Of a DNA stretch of 64,000 nucleotides, positions 38,501 through 52,282 are shown one piece after another. The position numbers were made by a program, and so were the translations under genes. The stretch comes from Intoshia linei (lineage: Eukaryota > Animalia > Orthonectida). The stretch is taken from assembly GCA_001642005.1 (NCBI GenBank), contig LWCA01000010.1:1-64000 (forward strand). The letters are read 5' to 3'. The notes under the pieces are model-generated. The model did not search any database, was not told the origin of the DNA, and was given only the letters and a program-made list of their open reading frames with translations. Numbering within the stretch: position 1 is the first letter of the stretch; the number at the start of each line of letters is the position of its first letter.

Positions 38501-39851
38501 ACATATTCGTGATTAGCATATAAAAATACACCTATATGCAAATATACTTTTTGATCTTTAAAAAAGTACACACCCTAATGTACATTTACAATTTAATTTA
38601 GTTAATTTATTTAATTATGTAGGATTTTTTATTCCCACACGCCAAAATCTGACGAATAGTGACTGTGACTAAAAAAATCGATAAAAAAATCAATAAATAT
38701 TAATTCAATATTAATACTGTGTAGATAACGGTCTTAAATCAAATACTTCCGTTACAGGTATGTATTAATATGTGTAGTGTAATTTTTGACAGTATACACA
38801 TCTGTATGTACAAACTGGATAAATGAATCTAAATCTAAATGATTATTTTTCTGTTGAAGACTTTATCCCGTCTTCCCCACATGTAATAATTGTCGACGGC
38901 CCATTATAATGATATATTTTATATTATAATTGTACAATTATAATTACCCAGAGTTTTAATTGCTTTAGATTCATTGTTTGGAGCGCTAAGGTTGGATTTT
39001 TGAGAAGAAACGTTACGTTTAAAATTAAATTTTTTGATGGAAACTTTCTTTCTAACTTTATCTATAACATCTAGCTTATTGGAAGCTTCAGAATTAATGG
39101 TACTCTTACGGTCAGATTTTTGAGTCACTAGAGATTGTTGAACTGATATTGAAGGAATTGCTCTAGCTTCACTTTTATTGAGGCGTCTGGAAACTGCATA
39201 AATTTTATAATAAATAACACACATGACTGCGCACGGCAAGTAAAATGATCCAATGGTGGCATAAAATTGGTACCCAATATTTTGAGACATTATGCAATCA
39301 TTTGGAACAGGTTCAGATTTCCATCCAAACAAAGGTGGCAATGTAATGATTGTACTCGTAATCCAAACGCCCACAATCATTATAATAAATTTGGGGACAG
39401 TACGTTTAGCAGAATAAACAAAAGGTCTTGTAATGAAATAATATCGATCAATGCTAATCATGCAGAGATTCAGAATGGAAGCTGTGCAAAGCATTACGTC
39501 CATCGAAGTAAAAATTTCACAAACTGTCTGAGAAAGTGGCCAATATCCGTAAATTTCGTGCACAGAAGCCAGAGGCATGGCAACTGTGGCCACCAACATA
39601 TCACTGATTGCCAAGTTTAGTATGAGAAGATTTGAAGGAGTGCGAAGTTTTGCAACCAGCAAAACTGAAAAAATTACTAGAGAGTTTCCAAGTATAGTAA
39701 AAATGACAAGAATGGTAATGGCTATGATGACGAAATACTGAAATGGTCCAAACCTTACCGCCAATTGATCATTGTCATCAAGTTGGTTTGTGTTTATTTG
39801 AGATACGTTTTTTAGGATTAAATATGTTAGATTCTTTGCAGTTTCATTCAT
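35501..39851 (-). CDS. Serotonin receptor, 5-HT7-like (class A amine GPCR), 2 exons
   Basis: Exon 1 39851-38948 and exon 2 35820-35501, joined in phase 1 (KAIKTLG|IVMGTF). TM3 DVMLCTASILNLCMISIDRY, GYQFYATIGSFYLP, CWMPFF, WIGYSNSLFNPIIY, and a C-tail FREPFKHILLCHC of the invertebrate 5-HT7 type. Confidence 0.88.
36325..37341. mobile_element. Two abutting Helitron-family pieces (minus 36325-36860; plus about 36930-37341)
   Basis: Reverse family body, then forward body ending ccctcggcagagctaggtgct...cagtcaagccag|t. Confidence 0.65.
37815..38580. mobile_element. TA-flanked DNA transposon derivative carrying a truncated ORF, in the 5-HT receptor intron
   Basis: TA|CATTAGGGTGTGCACTTTT ... AAAAGTACACACCCTAATG|TA. 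Internal 87-aa ORF 38112-38375 (-). Confidence 0.8.
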
Positions 39852-41834
39852 GATTTTATTTCGTACAAGTATATATTATTCTAAATGTAATAATTACCAT
39901 ATATCATTAAAAATTATAAAAGTATCCAAGTTACTAATTATTATTGGATATTGGATATTATGGATAAACCAATTTATCAACAAAGAAAATCCTTTTTACG
40001 AATTGTTAAATTATTGATATTAACAATTGTATCAGCATTAAATATTAAACTTGATGATAAAGCCAACAGAAACGTTCACATAGCCGCATATTAGGGCAAT
40101 ATTTATGAGAGTATACACAAGTTTTTTAAAATAAGGTCAAAAAATTAGTGTGTTCGAAAACTAGATAATTATCCCTATTTTTATTTCTTAGCAATTTATG
40201 CATAATGGACTAATTTAAATAATCAATAGTTGATATTGATTTCATTTTATCGGATTATACATCATGTGATCATTCCGAGTTGCTATTCTCTACTTTGATA
40301 ATAAATTAATTACCTATTAATGCAGATTTTATCAAATTTCTGTGCTGCGGACCAAAAAATTTTCGCTATGGACATATATATATATTTAGTTTTTACTTTG
40401 ATGTCATGCTACAACATATATACGTTGTATTCAACAATTGGTATTGACTCTTGTAACAACATTAAAAACCTCAATTTATTATTGAAGTTTTGAAAAGGTC
40501 TATTAAAAATCAATATATACTAATATGTATTTCTCTTCATATGTCAAGAATATTTTAAAACTATTAAATTGATTTATAAACAATGGAATTTATTTTTCGT
40601 AATACTTACAATCTTGATGTTTTAACCTACTTTATGTATTACAAAAGGTCGATACAACTAATATATACACAATTAAACAGTTTTTTTAGTTTAATGTTTT
40701 AAAAGTGCATACATATTATATGTAGTGACATGTAAAAGTAAAATTCATCCATGAGACTAGAAAATTCCTTTTTTACCATCATGAGAAACATTGTACATTT
40801 AAATTCATTGAAATTCATTTATATATGTTGCATATGATGTGTACAACTGTGAAATGTATACATTCCACGGGCAAGTCGTAGAATGTGTAAAATTTTCATT
40901 TATATTTTAATTTTAGTTTCATTTTGGGTTTTAGACATTTTTTTTGAACCAAACTTAAAAACAACTTTACAGTTTAGTTAAAAAATATCAAAAAACTTTA
41001 CCTTAGTTTTTTGTTCAAAAAATAATTTTAAAAACCCCTCTTGAAAATTCTGTTTAAAAAAAATTAAATAAGATAATTTTTTACGATCAAAACCACAGAT
41101 TACCATCTTTTTTCAAAATGAAAACAGCCCTACAATTTAAATAAATTTACAGATTGTTAACAGACACAAAAAATTTCAATCTGAATATGTGACGCCTTCA
41201 CGATCAAAAAATTGAATTTTTAGTGTAATTTAGGTATACGACAGTGATTATTATAATAAAACTTCAATATTAATGTGTTACTCCTTATAATGTTTCACAG
41301 TACCACCATGATGTATATGTTATGTGGAATGATCGTATTTCCAAATTCTAAGGGAAAAGCCTTTTATTCAAATTTTTATCGGTATTCCGGCTAAACTGCA
41401 AAGAGTTATAGTAAAATTTGAAGCGTTTGCTATCGGCAGAGCTAGCTACTGTTTGTACCACGTAAAAACCGGTTAATTTAGTATCATTATAAATATCAAA
41501 TTTATTACTTTCTGATGTAAGACTTTCTTGATATTTTATACAGCAATGTTTATTAATCACTAGAATTTAAAATTATCTACGTCTAAAGTTAATGTAACCC
41601 ATATTAATATACGGATCTCCAATTATAATTAGACAATAATTATTGTTTACAATAGATTGTTATACAATTACATGTACAATGTATAATTATAATACAATGG
41701 ATAAAATACTAGCAAGTTTTAATTATTTCAATATTAATGAGCAAGTACAAACTAATTCTAGCAATAATGGATAATGTGGAGCAATATCTAATCCAATTAA
41801 ATTAAATTATAACCGGTTAAATGAGTATATTCTA

Positions 41835-43050
41835 ATCCTTACTTACAAAATTATATATTATATTTATTATAATGCTTTGTTTTTATGTGTATGTGTGTTA
41901 TTATTTATTTCAATAACTACCAGTCTTAGAATTTTATAAAGCCACATTTCAATTACAGTTTTTTCCGGGGGTGTTAGCAAAATAAATTTAAACATCCCAA
42001 ACTCACATCTAATGGTTCAAAAAGCCCAATTGTCCTTTTTTTTTAACAATAACAAGTAACATATAAGGAAAACAGCCCTAAAATTTAAAAAAATTTCAAT
42101 CTGAATAAGTGACGCCTTCATGGTCAAAAAAGCCTTTTAGTACATACAGTGCGTGACATAAGTCTTAGATGTCCTGTTTGTTCAGAAACATTGTCCTAAT
42201 ATAAATCCTTATTTACATAAAGTAATTTACTTAAATTGTTAGTAAAAATGTATGTCTGTTTATTTATTTGATTTGTTCCAGCTTATATAAGAAAGTAAGA
42301 GGAGTCGAGTTTTAAAAATTCCATATTGATATGACAGCTTGTCGAGATTCATGTTTTATCGAAAATTTCATTTTCAGAAATTGAGTCCTTCAAGGTCAAA
42401 AACCCCACTTATTTTTATCCTTTTATCCTTTTTTTAAAATTCAAAACAGCCCTAGAATTATAAAAAATTCATAATTTGATAAAGATTTTAAAATTATCAG
42501 CATTATGATAATTTTCAATTTCAAAATCTCACGGCCAAAACTTTAAATTACCTTTTTTTGTATTTTTGTAAAAATTGCGAAAATCTTATAATGTTATACA
42601 ACCTACATTCTGGGATTTTTTTTCCCAAATCTATATCACAAAACCCAAAAAATTTTATTTTCACAATCAAACCAGCAGATTACACTTTTTTTAAAAAAAA
42701 GTAAAATAGTCCTGGAATTTTATAAAAAATTACAATTGATAGTTATTTTCAGTGAACACACACAAAAAATTCAATCTGACAAAATGACGCCTTTCACGGT
42801 CAAAAAAGTACTTCAGTATTAATTTTTTTTATTTACAAAAATGTTAAACAAAAAATATGAAATAATGAACGGTCCTACAATTAAAAAAAAAAAATTATTC
42901 TGATAGAGCTTATTCCAGTTGATATATATATATACAAAATTAAAACCCCAGAAATATACACATTCCAGATTAAAATTAATTTTTAATACATTATCAACCA
43001 ATACTTGGATTAAAATTAAAGTGGAATTATATTCATGCAACAATTTAAAA
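41835..43050 (+). mobile_element. Composite/nested Helitron-family copies
   Basis: 5' ATCCTTACTTAC at about 41835 and a second ATCCTTATTTAC at about 42205, each followed by family body segments. Confidence 0.6.
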
Positions 43051-43282
43051 AAAAATGCGCATTGAACACTTTGGCTTTACATTTATCATCAAATAAATTA
43101 ACATTGATAGTACGTCTTTTTCTGGCCACACTATTTATTTAAAAAATATTTGGTATCAATAATAATTTGAAACTCCAATAGAAGATATATAGAAGTGCAT
43201 ATTTTATAAAGTTAGTATCAAACTATTAAAAAAATTATATATTAAAATTTAAATATTGAAATTTTTATTCACATATTTTATT

Positions 43283-46200
43283 ATGAGAAATGTTATACCA
43301 GATGAAATTTTATTTGACACTAAATTAAACCAAATGATTAGTGCGGTATGTATTTCAATTATTTGTATATAATATAGGAATTTCAAATGTATCCTTCATT
43401 TATAACTCAATTAACTTGTGACGTGTTGGATGTCGTTTTTTGAACCAATAATAATTTTAATTAAAGTTATTAAAATAAATAACTGATATTGATATTCTTG
43501 AAATAATATGTATAAAATTTAGTTACCCTCAAATTATAATTTTGAAATTTATAAAACTATATGGCACATTAAAAAAAAAAGAGTCAAAATTGGTATTATT
43601 TTGTATCCATTTGTATTATTTGTTTTATACAGTGGTTAGCTTTCTATTGTATATCTCATAACCAAATTTTCTATTTTCTAATCTTTTTTTTATTTTTTCT
43701 TTATGGAAGCTTTCTACCAATATTGTTTCAGTTTTTTGTTCAAAAACTAAACTAAATACCAAAAAATATACACTTACATTTTCCACACCTAATGAACATT
43801 GAAATGTGACAAATAATTTCATAACAAATTATCATACTGAATGTTTAGATAGTAACTACAGAAATTTGATGAAATGTTACCTGTTTAGAAATTATTTAAA
43901 ATTGGCGCTTTTTAAAACTCGCCTAAGTAAAAATGCTCATTAAAGCGTAATTTTATACATATAAGAATGATCTTTTTAAAATTAATATAGAATGCAGTCA
44001 AAATATTTTAATTGACGTTGATCATTAATTAGATTTTTATTGTTAAAATGTGGAACTTTTTGTGATTAACATGTTTCCCTATTAACACAATCATTTTTTT
44101 TACTGCGATTTTTGAAAAATTCAACAACAGGTAATATTTTTTGTTATTGTCACATTTGTTAATTTTTTCGTATTTTTTTGTGTTTCATGTTAATACTCAA
44201 ATTATTACATGTACCAAATTTGTTTAGACTCTTCTCGTACGTGATTTCAAAACTAAGGGAACCTGAGAGGTTAAGGTAGTCTACTAGCAAACCATTGGTA
44301 TAATAACATTAATTTACTTTTAATTAAATATTTTGATATTTGTTTAGTTGCATTACAATTTCCAGAGGGATTATTGCTATTTTCGATGATTATTTCAGAT
44401 ATTTTGGAGGAGTAAGTATTTTTATTTATTCTTTATAGTATTTTTAGATACTGTGGAGTAATGGTCGTTATAATGGGGGATGTTACTTATGGAGCCTGCT
44501 GTATTGACGACTACACTGCCAAATCCATGAATGCAGACTTGTTGGTACATTATGGACACAGTTGTTTATGTATTTGTATTGAAAATATTTATATTTAAAT
44601 CCTTATTTTAGTACCCATTACAAAAACGTTTCATGGAATTTCTTATCATTATGTTTTTGTGTCTATATCTGTCGACCCAATGCATTTTATCGAAACTGTT
44701 AAATTAAATATAGATAAAAAATTTAAAATTGCATTTATTAGCATAATTCAATTTGTGAAAGCTATTCATGTAATTCATATTTAATATTTAATATTTATGC
44801 ATTAAGAAAAACTTGTAAATATAAAGAAAATATTACATTACATAAAATTTTTAATTTGTATACTTTTATTTTAGTACGCAAAACAAAAATTATGCAGTGA
44901 AAGTTACAATATAATTCTACCGCAAGCTAAACCCTTATCTCCTGGAGAAATTTTGGGATGTACATCACCAAATATTCCGAATGATGTTGACATTGTCATG
45001 TATTTTTATAATATTCAATTTTGATTAAATTAAAATTCTAATTTTCGGAATTAATGTTTTCTTATTTAGGTACATGGGAGATGGTCGATTTCATGTAGAA
45101 TCATGCCTAATTGCAAATCCTCATGTTAAAACATATCAGTATTTTTTTATTATTTAAATTAATAATCATTTTTAAAATATTGTGTTTACGCTACTGTTTT
45201 GTAAATGATTAAATATATTGATATTTTTATAGGTACAACCCATACGATAAAAAATTAACGAGAGAACGATATAACCATAAAAGAATGACGACATTACGGC
45301 AAATGGCAATTCATGAATGCAGAAAAGCAAAAACTATCGGAATTATTCTTGGCGCGCTAGGACGACAGGGTTCAATAGACATTGTCAATGTAAATTTAAT
45401 TTTAAACGTTTCATCAATTTACAATTGTATTTCAATGTCTTAATTTTATTGAAATTTATTTAGACGATTAGACAGGAAATAATTAATCATGGTCGTCAAT
45501 ATATTATTTGTGTCATGTCAGAAGTATTCCCAATGAAATTATCAAAATTTGAAAATATTGATGCGTAATAAAATGTTATTGATTAATTTATTTTACATTG
45601 AAATTAAGGTGGGTTGAAATTGCTTGTCCTAGATTAGCTATTGATTGGGGATATGCATTCCAAAAGCCATTATTGTCTCCATATGAGGTTAGTTCATTTT
45701 AAGATTGCATTAATTAGAATTATATCTGTAAATCATAAATTAACCCTTTCCTGTCTGATGCAATTTTATGTACTATCACCACACGTCTGGAATTTATGTT
45801 TTAATTTAAACTTGTATTATTTTTAAATAATTACCTATGTGAAAATGTATGAAAATAAAAGAATAAAGTTTTTCAAAATTATGCTGTGTATATCATAGAA
45901 TACACAGACGTGTGAAGTGAAATTGCTGTGTATAGTATAGAATACACAGACAGTGAAAGGTTTAACGATGTGAAATTCCGGTGACGTAGGGAATTTATAA
46001 TTTTAAGCAGAGGTCACCAAATTATAAAAAATACAAAGGCTGTTGTCCCACATTTCTAATACATGAATTACATGGATCCCATAAAATAATATTTAGATAA
46101 ATTAAATCAAATGTTCCCACATTTTTTTCTCGGCGGATTGGTAATATTTTATGAAATGTAGCGCGAACCATTACGGCAAAATAACTAGACAACCTTAAAA

Positions 46201-47210
46201 AATTGATAAAATATCTAATAAATTGAAATTTAATTACTAATTAGTAAAAATTTTTAACGGATCAGTACTGGTCCGCGGACCGGCTTTGGGAAACGCTGCA
46301 TTAAATTATGAATGCAAATTAATTTAAAGGGAATCTATTTACTTGTAAAAATTTTTTGCTATTCTGCATTTTGTCAAATTGATATAGTATTTTACACATT
46401 ATTTATTAAAGCAGAGTTTCTTAATCGGGTGCTAGAATTAATTTCATCAGGCTAGAAAAATTTTTTATATTTTAATTAAAAAATTTCATAAAAAAATGAA
46501 ATTAATTTTATTTTCAAGTTAGAATATAATTTATTTTTTACTTAGTCTCTCAAGTAAGTGGATTATTTAAATTTTTAAATGGATTATTTATTGTCTAAAA
46601 ATTTAAAATATCAGTTGAACTTTGCATTAATTGTTATAAAAATTTTCCAAGATTACCTACATTGTATTTATGAATTAAATAGTAGGAATTCGTGATTGTA
46701 GACCTGGGCATGTGGCCTCTCTCAGTATTCCTGCATGATAGTTCTTTTATTTCTAACAAGAACTAGATATGATAAACTTGTTTCCGATAAACAAAAAAAA
46801 TCCAATGAATTCTTGCATTAAAATATTTTTTGATTACGTCATTTGTTGCTTTTATGTATTTGAAAATTATAATTTAAATCTTATCAAATACAGTTTCTAT
46901 GCCCATTTTTACAATTTTTATTTTTTTGTTGTTATTGATTATATTCGATTAAAATATTATTTTTATGTTGAGTTTTAAGGTATCATTTTTTATTTTTTAC
47001 AGGGGTACTGGAAACATTTGATATGGCTAAAGGGGTGCTAAATTTAAAAAAGGTTAAGAAACCTATATTAAAGTGTAAAGATTACATATTATATATATTT
47101 AGTTGATGAAATGTTTGAATGATCCTATTTTGACTCAACACTATCCAATGGATTATTACATGAGTAAAGTTGATAAACCTTGGACCAACAATTCCAAACC
47201 TAGTATATAA
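43283..47210 (+). CDS. DPH1: Diphthamide biosynthesis protein 1 (multi-exon)
   Basis: [120 protein letters not shown]. Last exon 47103-47210. Confidence 0.93.
43862..44274. mobile_element. piggyBac-like non-autonomous element end in a DPH1 intron; paralogous to about 55865-56490
   Basis: About 400 bp shared with 55865-56490. Ends ...GAGAGG|TTAA. Confidence 0.6.
45744..45961. mobile_element. piggyBac-type MITE
   Basis: TTAA|CCCTTTCCTGTCTG ... CAGACAGTGAAAGGT|TTAA, with an internal duplicated tgctgtgtata..atagaatacacagac. Confidence 0.8.
46412..47065. mobile_element. hAT-type MITE in the last DPH1 intron
   Basis: CAGAGTTTCTTAATC ... GGTTAAGAAACCTA. Perfect 8-bp TSD tattaaag. Confidence 0.8.
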
Positions 47211-48173
47211 ATAAAAATACAATTGTAATTTTTTATTTTTTTAATAAATATCCATTTGACTGTAATACTGTTAGAATCATTAATAATATCCTTACTCCAA
47301 TCTTAACCTTGAATTTAAAGCACGTTTTGCAAGCGTACCTGAATAAAACTTGGAATATATTTTAGTAAACAGTTTTAAAATATAAGCAAAATTATGATAA
47401 ATACAGAATCACAAACAATATGAATGAAAATTGAATAAAAAAAGATGTATACTGTAAATTATTAACAATAAACTTTTTATTTTTATTTTCCTACGTATAC
47501 TGCAATTTATTATTCATGCAGATATATTTTTTAATAATTTCTATTTGCAACCATGGTTAGTACAATTTCAATTTAAACTTATTATATATTTTGTCAATGT
47601 GTGTATTATAATTGAATAATGCTAATGAAAATACTTAATTCTTTCAATTTACGTAAGCTTAATATATGCAATAGTTGTTTATAGGTTTTTTCGCAACGTG
47701 GTTTCCCATTAGGTTTAGTTTATTAGTTGTCAGGTTCTTAGTTCTGGATATAAACATAGACTAGGACAGGGGTGGGCAACCTTATGATGGTAATGGGTAG
47801 ATGGTATATTCTGATAATTTTGCGAGCCGGAAACTTTACAATTAGAACTAATAACGTCCATTTTACCACTGGGTATTTATGATTTTTTTTATGTTCACTT
47901 TTTGGAAATATAACATTGGATAAAAATAAAATCTATAAATGTAGAAAAATTTAAAAAAAAAATTAAGCCGACCGGATGAAATTAGTTCGTGGCCCGTTCA
48001 AAACTTTCAAAATTTTATTAGTGTTAATTACAACTAAATAAATCATCACAATGTATTATTTATTTACCTTCTTTTATACTGTTTGATTTATATATATAGA
48101 AACTTTGTAATATATATTTTGGTGTAAATGCCCATTTTTGTGATATAGGATATATTTTACGATGAATGTTTAG

Positions 48174-50511
48174 GTTTTATCCAAATAAAAACTGTCTATC
48201 AACCTTTAATTCAAAAATGCAATCTCAGCACCTCTCCATCAGCTAATACATCCAAGCCAATTTATTTAGACGCTCAAGCTACAACTCAAATTGTATTATA
48301 AAACTTGTGTTTCTTAATTTTATTGGCTAATTATACATTCAAGGATCCTCGTGTACTAGACAAAATGTTGCCTTACATGATGAGTAAATTTGGAAATGCT
48401 AGTTCCAGAACTCACGAATATGGCTGGGACAGTGAAAAAGCTGTTCAAGATGCCAGAAAACATGTAGCTGATTTGATTGGTGCAAACGAAAAGGAAATTA
48501 TTTTCACTAGTGGTGCAACTGAATCTGGAAATATTGCAATAAAAGGAATTGCAAACTTTTACGAACACAAGAATCACATTATAACGTCTCAAATTGTGAT
48601 ACAAATTTTTCATGTTATATTTTAATTTTTAGGAACACAAATGTATATTGGATTCTTGTCGTTTTTTAGAGAATAAAGGGTTTAAAGTTACATATCTGCC
48701 TGTTGATCAAAATGGTTTGGTTGATTTGCAAAAGCTAGAAGAATCTATTAATGATAAAACTGCTCTAGTGTCTATTATGGCTGTCAATAGTGAGATTGGG
48801 GTTTTGCAAGATTTGAAAACTATTGGTTAGTTTTGTGTTGTGCTAATCTAATTTTGATGAATTCTGTTTCAACGTTTTTTTCAGATTGAAATTTTTAAAT
48901 TCTTTTAATGGAGTGTTTTGCACCAAGGTAAATTTTGCATAGAATCATGGTTTATCTGGTGGGGTTACTGATTTAAAATTTTTTAGTCTTACGGATCGTT
49001 TTTATGAAATTACATATTTTCATTTATCATAATTTCGTAAACTAAAAATTAGATTTACGTTTTAAAAGAATATACCAAAATACTCATCTCACTTTTTGAT
49101 TAATTTATCCCTCGAGTTCAAGATTTTATGCCGTAATAGCACTTTGGAATAGCCTTTTTATATATTAATGAAATAATTTAAATTAAGGTTCAATTTGTCG
49201 CAAAAAAAAAGTGTTTTTTCATAGTGATATTGCGCAATGCTGTGGAAAGCTTCCACTTAATGTTAATGATATCAATGCTGATTTACTTTCAATTAGTGGC
49301 CATAAAATGTATGCTCCAAAAGGTAATTTTAATTAATTTAACTTATAGTGTGGATGTGACAATATATTTATTTAACTATATAAAGTACTCTTTTAATAAT
49401 CATTTTTTTATCTCTAAAATTATTGGAACTGCCAAAAAATATTTAATAAATGATAATTTAACAAATTGATTAGCTAGTTACATGATTATTATATTTTTAT
49501 TTGTTAAACATCATGACTCGCTGGATCATCGATTTTACTACAATTCCAGGAGTGTACTATTTATTTTAAATTGTTTTTTTATTATGCCAGTATTTTGTTT
49601 GTTTTATATTTTCTACAAACAGTAGTTAGTACTACCGAGGGGCAATTTTTTTCATTTATAACTTTCTTCATTTTAATTATCAGGTATCGGTGCACTTTAT
49701 GTGAGAAGAAAACCTAGAGTGCGACTGGAAGCTATACAGAGCGGAGGAGGGCAGGAAAGAGGAATTCGAAGTGGAACGCTTCCGACTCATTTAATTGTCG
49801 GTATTGGAGAGGCTGCTAGGATTTGTTCTATTGAAATGAAGGTTTTAGTGGCTGGGTGAATTATTTTTATTAATGATTTAGAGAGATCTTGAACATGTTA
49901 AAAAACTTTCAAATGTCTTAATTTCTACAATTATGGATAATTGTGATGATATTATTCACAATGGACATCCCACCCAAAATTATCCTGGTTTTTTATTGTT
50001 TTCATTAATTCAATTTTAGGTTGTGTTAATCTTTCTTTTTCATATGTTGAAGGTGAAAGCTTATTAATGGCGCTTAAAGATATTGCATTATCTTCTGGCA
50101 GGTTTATTTACTATTACTTTGAATTTTAAATTTAAATTTAAATTTAAATTTTGTTTGTACAGATTATTAAATTTACTAAAATAATTCAACATTTCGTTTT
50201 TGATATAAAAATTTTAGCGCATGCACTTCAGAATCACTAGAACCATCCTACGTGTTAAGAGCGATTGGATCCCAAGAAGACTTGGCCCATTCATCAATAA
50301 GATTTGGAATTGGCCGGTTCACTTCAGAAGAAGAAATCATTTTCACTGCAAAAAAGTGCATCGAAAGTGTCAAAAAACTGAGAGAATTAAGGTATACATT
50401 TACTAATTTAAACTAAATATGATTATATCATTATATGAAATTTTTAGTCCATTATGGGAAATGGTTCAAGAAGGAATTGATATAAAAACCATAAAATGGA
50501 CCCACCATTAA
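48174..50511 (+). CDS. NFS1: Cysteine desulfurase NFS1 (mitochondrial). The 5' end is uncertain; a possible leader exon lies at 47619-47652.
   Basis: [10 protein letters not shown]|[40 protein letters not shown]-lysine motif [26 protein letters not shown], catalytic [22 protein letters not shown]-terminal [21 protein letters not shown]. Confidence 0.95.
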
Positions 50512-50534
50512 TTTTATAGACAGTACATTAATAA

Positions 50535-51811
50535 TTAATTTAAAATATACTTTGAACGATTTAATCTAAACAAGTGTTCAACATTTTCTCTGAATGGCCG
50601 ACTAATGACCATATAAACAACAAAATTGAGAGTATAATTGATATTTTGCATAATATTGGTAATAATTTCGATTTTCTCGTATGCGTTGTCATTTGATTTA
50701 TAAAAGTAAATAATTTGTTTGATAAGTTCCGTAGGAGTAACAAATATGAAAAATACAAAGGTTGCTGTCACTAGCATTACAGTGGACGTTCTAAACACCT
50801 TTTTTATTTTCTGTGAGAACGAAGATTACATTTATATTTCACATTCCCATTTCTTTTTAATCTGTACTTTTGAGCGTCTAGATGCAAGGAAGGGTCTCTT
50901 CGTTTCAATGAAATTAATAAACCTACTGTCCCTACAACAAGATCTAAAAATGGCAACCAGGATCCAAATGTAATTTGTAAAATTCTATAAACATAATCAA
51001 AATGCGCATTGTATATATCTTGATAAATTAAAGTTTTTGATGTGCACAGTATGTCCAATTTGACAATTTTGGTTAAATTGTGACATGTTCACCTTGTAAT
51101 TGAAATGCAGTGTGTTTTTGTAGTAATCTTTTGAACATTTTATGGTTTTTGTAGAATACCTCCAAAGAAAAGGTAAATTGAAAAGTATGGAAATTATTAA
51201 TATCATTGAAAATAGAATGTGTGTTTTTTTACGTGAACATCGGCTTTTTAATGATAAAGGATATTTTATTATCGTGTATATTTCTATTGATATTGTCATC
51301 ATTACATATGCGCTAGAAAATATAAATGTACTAAGTATCGCTGAAGCGTACATTTCGTAGAAATACATAAATCTGGTAAAACCATTTTGGACTATTTTTG
51401 AAATTGATATTGGGCCAAATTGATTTAAAAATGCTGTGATTTTTGCATAAGAGGTATATTTACAATCTTGGAGGTTGATTTTTAGTTTCATGTGTTTTTT
51501 TCGTTGTAGATACTCCATTTATAATGATATGGGATCAATGTATGGAACAGTGCGCAAACACAGAATAAAAGATAATTTATTGCTAACCACATGAATCCTA
51601 TGGCTGACGCTGAATCCATTTTTCTTTGATCGTAAAAGTACGTTTTTTTCTTTTTCGCATATTGCCAATTATAATGATCAATATTAAAATGTTGCCGACT
51701 ATCCTAATGATACATCTAAATTTTTTTAATAAATATAAATGTAGAACCTTAGAAATACATATGGATCCCTACGACGGTATTGAAATAATTATCCAAAAAA
51801 ATTATATACAT
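50535..51811 (-). pseudogene. Peptide-type (FMRFamide-receptor-like) class A GPCR, frame-disrupted; pseudogene or a gene with very short introns
   Basis: TM1 CIIRIVGNILILIII, TM2 SAIGFMWLAINYLLFCV, TM3 SSAYVMMTISIEIY, TM4 SILFNLPFLW, TM5 FGSWLPFL, TM6 TVMLVTATFVFFIFVTP and TM7 NINYTLNFVVY are spread over several reading-frame changes. Conserved residues are altered (ERY>EIY, TM2 D>Y). Confidence 0.6.
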
Positions 51812-51883
51812 TACATCCTTTACAATATATACTAACACTAGCTTGACTTTTATGTACTACGTACAAACAGCACCTAGCTCTCT

Positions 51884-52282
51884 CTCATTTGTGGAATTAG
51901 TAAAGAAATATGCTTCTATCTTTTCTAATATTCCCGGAAGAACCAAATTAATTAACCATAATATCAAAACTACAGCTGGTAAACCGCCATTAACATGTCG
52001 GTTCTATTCTACCCCAATTCACCTAACGGAAGAAAAAAAAAACTCATTGAAGAAATAATAAAATCAAATATCATTGAACCTTCAAATAGTAGTTTTCGAT
52101 CTGAACACTTTTTCAAAAAGAAAAAAAATGGAAAATACAGATTTATACTTGACTACAGGCCGCTCAATTGCATAACTGAAAAAGATAGATACCCAACACC
52201 TAATCAAAAACAACTTATAGACGAAATGCAGGAGAAAAAAGGTATTCACTTCTATTTAGAAAGGTTTAAAGGTTTTTGTTAA
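51884..52282 (+). mobile_element. Ty3/Gypsy LTR-retrotransposon pol (reverse transcriptase N-terminal) fragment
   Basis: IFSNIPGRTKLINHNIKT...[frameshift in A-run]...IIEPSNSSFRS..KKKNGKYRFILDYRPLNCITEKDRYPTP, characteristic of the Gypsy RT N-terminus. Truncated before the YxDD motif. Confidence 0.88.

Noticed and set aside
39267-39620. 117-aa plus-strand ORF
   Set aside because: Antisense shadow of the serotonin receptor exon, with no recognisable motifs.
50122-50152. (AAATTT)n palindromic run in an NFS1 intron
   Set aside because: Simple microsatellite expected at this AT content.
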